A DNA stretch of 64,000 nucleotides, taken from assembly GCA_036785375.1 (NCBI GenBank), contig JAWMAR010000788.1:1-64000 (forward strand). The letters run 5' to 3'. The position numbers and the translations under genes were made by a program. Positions within the stretch are counted from its first letter, which is position 1. Every line of letters starts with the position of its first letter. Under the pieces are notes generated by a model. It did not search any database. It was not told where the DNA came from and saw only the letters and a list, made by a program, of their open reading frames with translations. The stretch is from Leucoraja ocellata. Its lineage: Eukaryota. Positions 11,744 to 22,875 of this stretch are shown here, in pieces.

Positions 11744-13134
11744 CTCCCCTAATGCTCATAAATAGCTCTGAACTATATAGGCTTGAGCACATTATTTTTG
11801 TCTTTGTTCTATAATGATGGTGTTTCCAGAGTACTATGTTAACACATCTATCAAGCTGTTGCACGTTATAATTTCATTGTTGCGTTTAGGTACATATGAC
11901 AATAAATCACTCCTGACTCTTGATCACAAATCCTAGCCTTCACTTCCCAGGACCAATGCCAGAATGTCGAGCATTTCAGAAAACAATAAGCAGTCAATCA
12001 ACTAACTGCACCTGTAAGAGTTTACACAAAGTGGTCGCCTGGATTTGAAAGAACGTTGAAAATACCACTGACAGCTTTTTGGGTACGTTCAATTGTGCGA
12101 TAATAATGATCTGAAAATCAGCCAACATCAGCTTAGATTTATGGAGAGCCTTCAAAGAAGTAAATTCCCACAAGATGAGACAAGAAATAATGAGCAGCAC
12201 AGAAAACTTTGGAAAAGAATAATAATTTTAAATAACTTTTTTTCTTATATATATATATATATATATTCACTCTCAGAATGTGGGGAGATAGCATCAAATG
12301 TCTCCCAGCCATTTCATAAGGCAATTAAGATTCCAACGTATTAACAAGTTTCGAATTATATTGCCTGATGAAGCAGATCCTCAAGGAACCAGATGGGCTT
12401 TTATGACAATCCGTCGGTTTTAGGGCCATCGTTACTGAAACAGCTTTTAAATCCAGATTCACTCCATATACACAGTGAGCCCAGCATTTTACCATTGTGC
12501 TGCCATCCTCATTTAACCATCGTGCTAACCCCCTCCCCCCCCACACAATTAAACAGAGTATGAGCTGGAGAATTGTGGTACAGATACCACAGAACCAGAC
12601 AAGATCATGGAACAAGATAGGGAGAAGCCATGAAAAACATCTGGAACCAAGCACTAAATCGGCCTTCAACGGCTGCCGATTGCACATCTGGAAACACTTG
12701 GCTTGAACCTCTGCCTTCAATCAGACAGGGACAGAGTAACACAGAGACATTCCTTCATTTCCGCATCAGTACGGGGGCAGTGAGTGGTTTATTTTTGTAC
12801 TCCTACGAGATGCACATTAGCCCTAAAAAGTACACATTTCTGCAAATCTCAAAATATAATTTTAACTCTTGGAGCACGGCAATGAGATTCATTTTGTTGT
12901 TTACTGCATTTCGTTGTCTCTGTACTGTACACTGACAATGACAATTAAAGTTGAATCTGAGTCTGAATCTGAATCATACTGGATAGTGCCCAGTCTAATC
13001 TCCTGCGGGGTTGAATTAACCTTGCAGTGATCGCAATCACCTTCCATATTCATGATTACACTCCCAATCACCTGGCACTGACATTAATAATGTTGCTAAA
13101 TTGAATTTAGGCAATTGTTTCTTCATTCTATAAA

Positions 13135-13420
13135 CTTTAGAGATACAGTGTAGAATCAGGCCCTTCAGCCCACTGAGTCCATGCCGACCCCGTACACTAG
13201 CACTGCCCTACACATCAGGGACAATTTTACAACTTACCAAAGTCAATTAAACTACAAACCGAAACGTCCTTGGAGTGTGGGAGGAAACCAGAGCACCCAG
13301 AGAAAACTCACAAGATCACAGGGAGACGTACAAACTCCTTGACAGACAGCACCCGTAGTCAGGGTCGAACCTGGGTCTCTGGCACTACAAGGCAACAAAT
13401 CAACGGCTGCGCCGCTGTGC
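13135..13420 (-). mobile_element. HE1-type SINE
   Basis: Complete head-core-tail order on the minus strand. Confidence 0.85.
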
Positions 13421-13597
13421 GGTTCCTAAATTCTGGGAAGGGACTGAGGCGGAGACCAGGGGGACCATGAAGGTCTGAGAGCAGAGATAACATGCCAGAG
13501 GTTCGCAGGTTTAACAAGCAGAGTTGCCAAGAGATAAAGTGGAGTTATAACGCAGGTGGATTTACAAAAGGCATTTGATAAAATAAGGTACAGCACA

Positions 13598-13958
13598 TAA
13601 AAACATAGAAACATAGAAAATAGGTGCAGGAGTAGGCCATTCGGCCCTTCGAGCCTGCACCGCCATTCGATATGATCATAGCTGATCATCCAACTCAGTA
13701 TCCCATCCCTGCCTTCTCTCCATTCCCCCTGATCCCTTTAGCCACAAGGGCCACATCTAACTCCCTCTTAAATATAGCCAATGAACTGGCCTCAACTACC
13801 TACTGTGGCAGAGAGTTCCAGAGATTCACCACTCTCTGTGTAAAAAATGATTTTCTCATCTCGGTCCTAAAAGACTTCCCTCTTATCCTTAAACTAGTTC
13901 TGGACTTCCCCAACATCGGGAATAATCTTCCTGCATCTAGCCTGTCCAACCCCTTAAA
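13598..13958 (-). mobile_element. CR1 LINE 3' fragment
   Basis: KGLDRLDAGRLFPMLGKSRT..FRTEMRKSFFTQRVVNLWNSLPQ and a (TTTCTATG)n tail. Confidence 0.9.
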
Positions 13959-14496
13959 ACAATTGGGAGGTATTGTTAAATGGATAGAGGAATAATTAAA
14001 GGACAGAATAGGAGGCAATTAATATTCATTAATGGTTTGTTAATTAAATTGATCAGCCCAAACGATGTATCACAGAATGATACAGCACCTGACATGACAC
14101 AGGTGGAACTTCCCTGTAATGTTTCCAATGAAGACCATACTGGCTCTGATGGACTGAACAACTATTGAGCTAGTATGGTCAATTAATTAATTTAATTAAC
14201 TATCCACTCTCTGGAGACTCTCTGATTATCTTTAATTGGATTTTATCTTGCACTGAACGCTATTGTGTTTATCTGTATGTATCGGTCATGTATCTGTATG
14301 CTATGGATAACTCGAATGTAATCATGTAGACTTTCCGCTGACTGGTTAGCACACAAAAGCTTTTAACTGCACCTCAGTATATGTGACAATAAACTAAACT
14401 TAAATTCCAAATCAGTTCTACTCCCCAATTCATTCCTAACAGATTTGTATATTTTTTGAAATATTGCTCTAATTCCCTTTTGAAAGTTCTCAATAA

Positions 14497-14911
14497 AGGG
14501 CCTGTCCTACTTTCACGACTTAATTCAAAACCTCTGCAGAGTTTAAAGGACCTAAAAAAAAAAATCAAGACGGTGGTAATGTACAAACTAACTACGACCT
14601 GCCACGACTATGTTCACGAACTCCTTCGAGTATGTCCACAAATTCCCACGGCTATTTCGATGCCATCCTTACTAGTAAAAAGTTGCAATTTCTTTCATCC
14701 TGACCATTTTTTTAAACTCGTGGACATTTTTTATCGGGCTGGAATAAACGTCCCGACTTACCCGATGCCCCGAGTACCTACGGTTCGCATAACGAGCCGC
14801 TACGATATTTCTACGAACTCCTACAGCCTCGTTACGAACATTCTGCGAGTTTGAATCAAGGGGAAAAGTCGGGAGAATTCATGAATAACTATTGAAAGTG
14901 GGTCAGGCTCT
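14497..14911. mobile_element. PIF/Harbinger-type MITE (ACGA-repeat-rich)
   Basis: TAA TSD (14494-14496, 14912-14914) and degenerate TIR AGGGCCTGTCC(T)ACTTTCA / TGAAAGTGGGTCAGGCTCT. Confidence 0.75.
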
Positions 14912-15431
14912 TAAATCTGCTTCCACCATCCTGTTCATTCCAACCCATCATGTAAAGAAACTTATCCTTCTTGGAACCCTGGTATTCGTTGATTATTGTC
15001 ACGAGCAATACAGAGGAAAAGTACAGAGAAAAGGTTTTGTTTGCACGCTGTTCTATTGAATCAGATAATACTGTACACGAGTGCAGCAATGTAGCTTTGA
15101 AGCTCCAGAGAAAAAAAACCAATGCCTGTAACAAGATAGGTTGAAGGATTGGGTCTCCAGCCTAGTTTATGGGCCGAGGGGCCTGTTTCTATGGTGTATC
15201 TTCAAAACTTAAAAAAAAAACTTTATTACTTTAACCAGTTTTCTTTCAGCCGACATTAAACTCTAGTCACTAGAGTGGAAAAGCATTACGTGACATTTCA
15301 TTTCAACTGCGTGCTATTTTCTATCCCATGGAGTTATCTGTAGGGAAAGCTTTCCCTTCTGGTTGAAACGGCTGAATGTGAGAGAGTGAGGCCTCAGGGA
15401 CATGGTTTTGCTGATTATGGCCTCCCGCACA

Positions 15432-15448
15432 GTGGGAAATGGTGGGAA
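15432..15448 (+). promoter_or_regulatory. Tandem CSL/RBPJ core motifs (GTGGGAA x2)
   Basis: agtgggaaatggtgggaaat: two GTGGGAA cores 10 bp apart in a repeat-free island of intron 2. Confidence 0.35.
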
Positions 15449-15560
15449 ATTTCAGCAGCCTGTAATTTACTCCAGCTGCACGGTTCTTCATCTGACCCCA
15501 TCCTCCGCCTCAAGCCTCTCGAGATATTTTTTTTAAATGACAGCTCCGAAAGACGTGGGA

Positions 15561-16850
15561 CAGCCCCACGCTGCCAGGCCCCTCACTGCTCCACGCTGCC
15601 AGGCCCCTCACTGCTCCACGCTGCCAGGCCCCACTGCCCCACGCTGCCAGGCCCCTCACTGCTCCACACTGTCAGGCCCCACGCTGCCAGGCTCCTCACT
15701 GCCAGGCCCCTCACTGCTCCACGCTGCCAGGCCCCACTGCCTCACGCTGCCAGGCCCCACTGCCCCACACTGCCAGGCCCCACTGCCTCACGCTGCCAGG
15801 CCCCATTGCCCCACACTGCCCGGCCCCACTGCCTCACGCTGCCCGGCCCCACTGCCTCACGCTGCCCGGCCCCACTGCCTCACGCTGCCAGGCCCCATTG
15901 CCCCACACTGCCAGGCCCCACCGCCTCACGCTGCCAGGCCCCACTGCCCCACACTGCCAGGCCCCACTGCCTCACGCTGCCAGGCCCCTCACTGCCCCAC
16001 GCTGCCAGGCCCCTCACTGCCCCACGCTGCCAGGCCCCTCACTGCCCCACGCTGCCAGGCCCCACTGCCCCACGCTGCCAGGCCCCTCACTGCCCCACGC
16101 TGCCAGGCTCCTCACTGCTCCACACTGCCAGGCCCCTCACTGCTCCACACTGCCAGGCCCCTCACTGCTCCACACTGCCAGGCCCCACGCTGCCAGGCCC
16201 CTCACTGCCAGGCCCCTCACTGCCCCACGCTGCCAGGCCCCACTGCCTCGCACTGCCAGGCCCCTCACTGCCCCACGCTCCTCACTGCCAGGCCCCACTG
16301 CCTCACGCTGCCAGGCCCCTCACTGCCCCACGCTGCCAGGCCCCACTGCCTCGCACTGCCAGGCCCCTCACTGCCCCACGCTGCCAGGCCCCTCACTGTC
16401 CCACGCTCCTCACTGCCAGGCCCCACTGCCTCACGCTGCCAGGCCCCACTGCCCCACACTGCCAGGCCCCTCACTGCCAGGCCCCACTGCCTCACGCTGC
16501 CAGGCCCTTCACTGCCCCACGCTGCCAGGCCCCACTGCCTCGCACTGCCAGGCCCCTCACTGCCCCACGCTCCTCACTGCCAGGCCCCACTGCCCCACGC
16601 TGCCAGGCCCCACTGCCCCACGCTGCCAGGCCCCTCACTGCTCCACACTGCCAGGCCCCTCACAGCCCCACGCTGCCAGGCCCCACTGCCTCACACTGCC
16701 AGGCCCCTCACTACTCCACGCTCCTCACTGCCAGGCCCCTCACTGCTCCACACTGCCAGGCCCCTCACTGCTCCACAATGCCAGGCCCCTCACTGCCCCA
16801 CGCTGCCAGGCCCCACTGCCTCACGCTGCCAGGCCCCTCACTGCTTCACT
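15561..16850. repeat. GC-rich minisatellite, 23-25-bp units (cactgcYYcacRctgccaggcccc[tc])
   Basis: About 1.3 kb, roughly 50-55 units by length. It accounts for the three overlapping 345-505 aa ORFs in the track. Confidence 0.95.
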
Positions 16851-17107
16851 CACAGACTCTAAGGACATCAGTAAGCTGGAAAGAGCGCAGAGAAGATTCA
16901 TGAGGATGTTGCCAGGACCTGTTGGCCTGAGCTAAAGGTTGTACAGCAGCTGAGTTGCTGCCTCACAGCACTGGAGACCCGGGTTCGATCGCGACTATGG
17001 GTTCTGTCTGTGTGGAGTTTGCACGTTCTTCCCGTAATCACGTGCGTTTTCTCCGAGGTCTTCGGTTTCCTCCCACACTCCAAAGACAGACTGGTTTGTA
17101 AGTTGTG

Positions 17108-17300
17108 GGAGAAAGAACTGCAGATGTTGGTTTAAATCGAAGGTACACACAAAATGCTGAGTAACTCAGCGGGACAAGCAACATCTCTGGAGAGAAGGAA
17201 TGGGTGACATTTCGGGTCTCGACCTGAAACATCACCCATTCCTTCTCTCCAGAGATGCTGCCTGTCCCGCTGAGTCACTCCGGCATTTTGTGTCTACCCT
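17108..17300. mobile_element. Penelope-like pLTR palindrome abutting a partial HE1 SINE (16937-17103)
   Basis: Inverted arms meeting at ttcgggtctcgacctgaaac. Confidence 0.8.
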
Positions 17301-18429
17301 CTAGTATGTGACATTTTCTCTGTAAAAAAGGTTCTGATTGTCTACCTTATCTATGCCTCTCATAATTTATATACTTCCATCAGTTGTCCGACCGACCTTT
17401 TGTCGCTGGTTGTGGTGGGACTAGAACTCGATGTAGGCCTGCCTCATGCTAACACGGTCTTGTGTATAAATTATTCTGGGCATCATATGTTGGGCATCTC
17501 CCAAAGCCATTAGCGAAATGTTCACGCACACTCACCATTGTGAACACAAAGTCTAATGTGTGGACATGCTGAATCACAAAATAAGACTCCTAATGCAGCC
17601 ACATACTGTATACAGAAACATGAAACCTTCAAAATAAATACAGACGCATATACACACATGCACAAGAGTGCAGGACCACCCTGGAAAAGTTTCAATCGCT
17701 CGACTACCCTCTCAAGCATTCACAAAAAGATCTTGATAAAAATCCAACCCTTCATTCAGAATTATCTGCTCCCCGCCCCTGGTTTCTGGAGGGCGAGGTC
17801 AGTCCAAGTTTCTGCTATGACTCAAGCCCACAGTGTGAGACAGGCAGGCTCCTTGATAGCTCGGAGTGGGAGGATATGCCATGCTAGATTGTTTTTGTAG
17901 TAAGGCAGAGCAAGTTAGTGAAGCATGTGTTTGTTCAAATCGAAGATAGACACAAAATGCTGGGGTAACTCAGTGGGACAGGCAGCATCTCTGGAGAGAA
18001 GGAATAGGTGACATTTCGGATTGAGATCTCTTCCTCTTGCCAGAAAGGTGAATTTTTGTAAACTGACCTTCATGAGGTAAAACGTTTAAAATCACCTTAG
18101 ATTTTCTTCATGCTCACAGTGATGCAAAGTACTTTTTTTGCAATCATTGTTTATATAAGATGAATACCACAAAAGGCAGTACTTAAGCTGGAGAACATGC
18201 AGTTTGACAATCGAGACTGTTCATTGTAATTTAGTTTCGAGATGCAGCATGGAAACAAATCTTTCGATGCACAGAATCCATTATAGGTCATTTCACTTTC
18301 TCATTCACTCCCTACAGACTCAGGACATTCCAGACTATATTATTTACACAAAAAATAGTTCTAGAACCATTTCATTTCTGTAATTTCCTTAAAGCAATTT
18401 TAATTTGTCAGAATTTTGAATTTTATGTT

Positions 18430-19258
18430 TAGTTCAGTTTTGGAATTGTTTAGTGATACAGTGTGGCCTTTCGGCCCATTCAGTCCACACTGACCATTGA
18501 TCACCCGTGTCACACAAGCTCTGTGTGGTCCCACTTTTGCATTCACTCAGTGGACGATGGACCTACAGACCGGCACGTCTTTGGATGTGTGAGGAAACCA
18601 GAGCAGGGTGTACGTGCAAACTCCGTGCAAACAGCACCCGAGGTGAAGATTGAACTTGGGTCTCGAGTGTTGTGGGGCAGCAGCTTAACCAGCTGCGCCA
18701 CTATGTCTCATGCAAGCCCTCAGCCTGAAAGGTCCCTACCCGATAAAAAATGTTGTGATCTTCATCTCCAACAACCTAGGTTCAATTGAGACCTCTGAGA
18801 GCTAGCAGAGATTTGATGGACTGCAAGGTGGCACAGCGGTAGAGTTGCTGCCTTACATCATTTGCAGTGTCAGAGACCCAGGTTCGATCCCGACCATGGA
18901 TGCTGTCTGTACGGAGTTTGTACGTTCTCCCTGTGACCGCATGGGTTTTCTCCGAGATCTTCGGTTTCCTCCCACACTCCAAAGATGTACAGGTCTGTAG
19001 GTTATTTGTCTCGGTAATACAATTACAATACCGTTTATTTGTCATTTGAACCTCATATGAAATTCAAACAAAATTTGGTTTCTGCAGTCATACAACAAGA
19101 AAAGAACACCGACACAATTTACACAAGCATCTGGTATAAGTGTAAACTGTCCGTAGTGTGTAGGAAAGTGTTAGTGTGCGGGGGCTGCTGGTTTGTACAG
19201 ACTCGGTGTGCCGAATGGCCTGTTCCCGCTCTGTATCTCCAAAACTAAACTAGACTAA
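18430..19258. mobile_element. Head-to-head HE1-type SINEs (minus 18430-18705; plus 18827-19258 with a LINE-tail insert)
   Basis: SINE head, core and tail motifs in opposite orientations. Confidence 0.75.
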
Positions 19259-19730
19259 ATGGCCTCCTTTAAATAAGGAGTTAAGCTTGTGAAAATGTAC
19301 ATAGTTTCCCTAACAAGCATCTCAATTCCATGGCAATTTCTGTTGGGCTATTAACTTCAGCCTAGCCAGCAGCCACCCAACCCTGTGAATCAGTTTAAAC
19401 AAAAGCAATGCTTTGGTCTGTTTTTCTTAATAAGTCTAGCGTTTCATTACAAATAATGTCTGTCGAGTGTCGAGTGTTATACAGAGGAAGTGGAACTGTA
19501 ATGGTCCAGCCAACAATCCCAGTGCAATCAACTCCCCCCTCAGGGTGACGGAGAAGAACACTGGCAAATGGAGACAGGCTCTCCGCCGTTTCAGACACAT
19601 TTTTGATCTTTACACAAGTACAGTGGAATGTGCCTGTCTGCCTTTTGGGAAAGTCTAGAGCTGCAAAGGTGAAGTGCCAGTACTCCCAAGGGCTGCCAAG
19701 AAAGTAGATAATGCATTCTTGATGGTGGAC

Positions 19731-19908
19731 CAAAAATGCTGGAGAAACTCAGCGGGCGAGGCAGCATCTATGGAGCAAAGGAAATAGGCAACGTTTCGTC
19801 CCGAAACGTTGCCTATTTCCTTTGCTCCATAGATGCTGCCTCACCCGCTGAGTTTCTCCAGCATTTTTGTCTACCTTCGATTTTCCAGCATCTGCAGTTC
19901 CTTCTTAA
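19731..19908. mobile_element. Penelope-like pLTR near-perfect palindrome
   Basis: 68-bp arms (19731-19798 and 19802-19869), one mismatch, 3-nt spacer. Confidence 0.9.
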
Positions 19909-19913
19909 AGAGT

Positions 19914-20225
19914 TGACGTGGAAAAGCTTTTCCCACTGGGAGTAGGGAAGATTCAAACAAGGGGACATGACTTGAGAATTAAGGGACTGAAGTTTAGGGG
20001 TAACATGAGGGGGAACTTCTTTACTCAGAGAGTGGTGGCTGTGTGGAATGAGCTTCCAGTGAAGGTGGTGGAGGCAGGTTCGTTTTTATCATTTAAAAAT
20101 AAATTGGATAGTTATATGGATGGGAAGGGAATGGAGGGTTATGGTCTGAGCGCAGGTATATGGGACTAGGGGAGATTATGTGTTCGGCATGGACTAGAAG
20201 GGTCGAGATGGCCTGTTTCCGTGCT
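19914..20225 (+). mobile_element. CR1 LINE 3' fragment
   Basis: EKLFPLGVGKIQTRGHDLRIKG..FFTQRVVAVWNELP..FKNKLDSYM. Confidence 0.9.
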
Positions 20226-20879
20226 GTAATTGTTATATGGTTATACAAAATACATTTTTGATCACAGTTTGGTGTTCATAAGGTCATAAGGAACAGGAGT
20301 AGAATTAGGCCATTCGGCCCATCAAATCTTCTACGCCATTCAATCATGGCTGATCGATCTCTCCATCCTAACCTCATTCTCCTGCCTTCTCCCCGTAACC
20401 TCGGACATCTGTATTCTAAAACAAATAATGCAGTCCCGCTTCAATGAAATATAAACGCTAGAGTCCTCACAATGTAGCTGCAGTGAGTTGGGCTTACATG
20501 GCATTAGGGGTTACCAACACTGGGTGAATTCCTCCAGCTTGCATCGCGACCTCTCACCTATAACTGAAGATGGGAGGTCAGGAATATGATGAAGGCAGGT
20601 CAGTATCTCGACTTTCTAACAGACTGTCTGGGGAATTCTCTGCCTCAGAGGGCGGTGGAGGCCGGTTCTCTGGATGCTTTCAAGAGAGAGCTAGATAGGG
20701 CTCTTAAAAATAGCGGAGTCAGGGGACATGGGGAGAAGGCAGGAAAGGGGTACTGATTGGGGATGATCAGCCATGATCGTATTGAATGGCAGTGCTGGCT
20801 CGAAGGGCCAAATGGCCTACTCCTGCACCTATTGTCTATTGAAAGAGAATTAGCATTTCGCCAAATACACCAACAAACC

Positions 20880-21182
20880 TTCACAGATATAGTGTAGGAG
20901 GTGTCCTGAACAGTTGCATCACGGCTGGTACAGCAATTCTAATGTACGAGGACGCTGAGTGTGGTGAATTCCGCAAAGACCATCGCACCCACCATTGAAG
21001 ATATCTACAGGAGACGCTGCTTCAAGGTGACGGCATCTATCGCCAAAGACTCCAACCATCCGGCCCAAGCCCTCTTCTCGTCGGGCAGGAGGCATAGAAG
21101 CATCAAGTCCCACATCACATGGTTCAGGCACTGCTGCTTTTCTACAACCATTGGGTTCTTCAACCAACCTGCACAACCAGTA
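20880..21182 (+). mobile_element. Rex1/Babar LINE RT C-terminal fragment
   Basis: IEDIYRRRCFKVTASIAKDSNHPAQALFSSGRRHRSIK. Confidence 0.75.
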
Positions 21183-21185
21183 ACA

Positions 21186-21507
21186 TGGTGACGCAAGGGT
21201 AGAGTTGCTGCCTTACAGCGCCAGACCACGTGGGTTTTCCCTGGGTGCTCCGGTTTCCTCCCACACTCCAAAGACATACAGAAGGGTTTCGGCCCAAAAC
21301 GTTGCCCATTTCCTTCGCTCCATAGATGCTGCTGCACCCGCTGAGTTTCTCCAGCACTTTTGTCTACCTACAGGTTTGTACAATTTGGCTTTGGTAAAAA
21401 ATGTAAATTGGTCCTAGTGTGTAGGATAGTGTTAATGTACAGGGATTGCTGGTCAGCACGGACTTGGTGGGCCGAAGGGCTGTATCTCTGCACTAAACTA
21501 AACTAAC
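21186..21507 (+). mobile_element. HE1-type SINE containing a Penelope pLTR fragment (21282-21368)
   Basis: The SINE core is interrupted and tacag is duplicated on both sides of the insert. Confidence 0.8.
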
Positions 21508-21855
21508 CCTAATCCTACCTTAGCAATGAAACACTATGGACCTCCTCTTGCTACCATAAACTTGTTTTTAAACTGTGTTGTGCTGGTTTAATGCAGTGTC
21601 ATAGTCTATGTGCCCTTGATGCTGCTGCAAGCATGATTTTCAGTGCACTTGTATCTCACCGGACTCACACAGATGACAATAAACTTGACTTGACTTGAAA
21701 TTCTCCGCCCCCAGTATTGATTCATCCTTCTGACAAACTGCCTTCAAGGCTAATGAGTAAAGCAACAAATTAGGCCACCTTAATGTCAATCCACACTGCC
21801 ATGTAACTGTGGGACACGGGAATAACAAGGAAAAAAAAAGGTAAAAAGGGGCCTT

Positions 21856-22148
21856 TTTAGTTCAGTTTAGGGATACAGCGCGGAAACAGGCCCTTCGGCC
21901 CACGTCCCCACCTATCAGCAATCTCCGCACATTAACACTATCCTACACACACTAGGGATAAGTTACAATTATTACCAAGCCTATTAATGTGTACGTCTTT
22001 GGAGTGTGGGACGAAACCAGAGAAAACCCACGCAGGTCACGGGTATAAAGTATTGACTCCATACAGATAGCACCCGTAGTCAGGATCGAACCCGGATCCT
22101 TGGAGCTGTAAGGCAGTGACTGAGCTGCTGCGCCACTGTGCCGCACCA
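21856..22148 (-). mobile_element. HE1-type SINE
   Basis: Full head-core-tail on the minus strand. Confidence 0.85.
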
Positions 22149-22519
22149 AGCTTAGTACACAATGTCAACACGTTCAAATCAACCACTTACAAGGCAATAG
22201 GAAGCTTGAGTAAATACAGGCTGCTGCGGAGCAGGTTCCTAATTGCTGGGAGATAATTCTGGGACGTACAAGCCAAGTCTCTTTCCTTAGGAGGCCAGAG
22301 GCAGAACAGGTCTTCCCTCAGCCACTGAGGCCTCCCCCCTTCCCCAAACCCTTGTCTGCCCCATGCATCGACTCCAATCAGAATTTGCCTCTATACCCAA
22401 GTTTGACTTATTGCATTCATGTATAGTATTTCTGATCTGTTGGGATAGCATGCAAAATAAAGCCCTTTGTATTGTACATTGGTTCACACGACAATAATAA
22501 ACCTAAATCTAATATGTTG

Positions 22520-22875
22520 AGAGAAGTATGTAGAATCACGAGAGGCAACAACAGGGTAGACAGTCAAAACGTTTTTCCAGGGTGGAAATGTCAAAGGCTC
22601 GAGGGCATGGCTTTACGGTGAGGGCAACAAAGTTCAAAGGAGATGTACGAGGCAGGAATGTTCCCCCCCCCCCCAAGAGTGGTGGGAGCCTGGGACACAC
22701 TGCCATGGGCAGCAGTGGAGGCACATATGACAGAGGCAGTGAAGAGGCTTTTAGATAATTCAATACACAGGGAAAGGAGGAGCATGGATCACAAGTAGAC
22801 AGATTAGATTAGTTTACTATGACATTAGGTTCGGCACAGACATTGTGGGCTGAGGGCCTGCTCCTGTGTTGTAGG
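22520..22875 (+). mobile_element. CR1 LINE 3' fragment (degenerate)
   Basis: Similar to other CR1 ends in the window (agagtggtgggagcctgg, gcagtggaggca, gggcctg tail). Confidence 0.7.

Noticed and set aside
15561-16850. CRISPR-like array
   Set aside because: Units are contiguous with no unique spacers, the DNA is eukaryotic and there are no cas genes.
15386-16935. Long 345-505 aa ORFs in three plus frames
   Set aside because: Artefact of a stop-free minisatellite; low-complexity peptides, antisense to a Notch intron, ending in a CR1 fragment.
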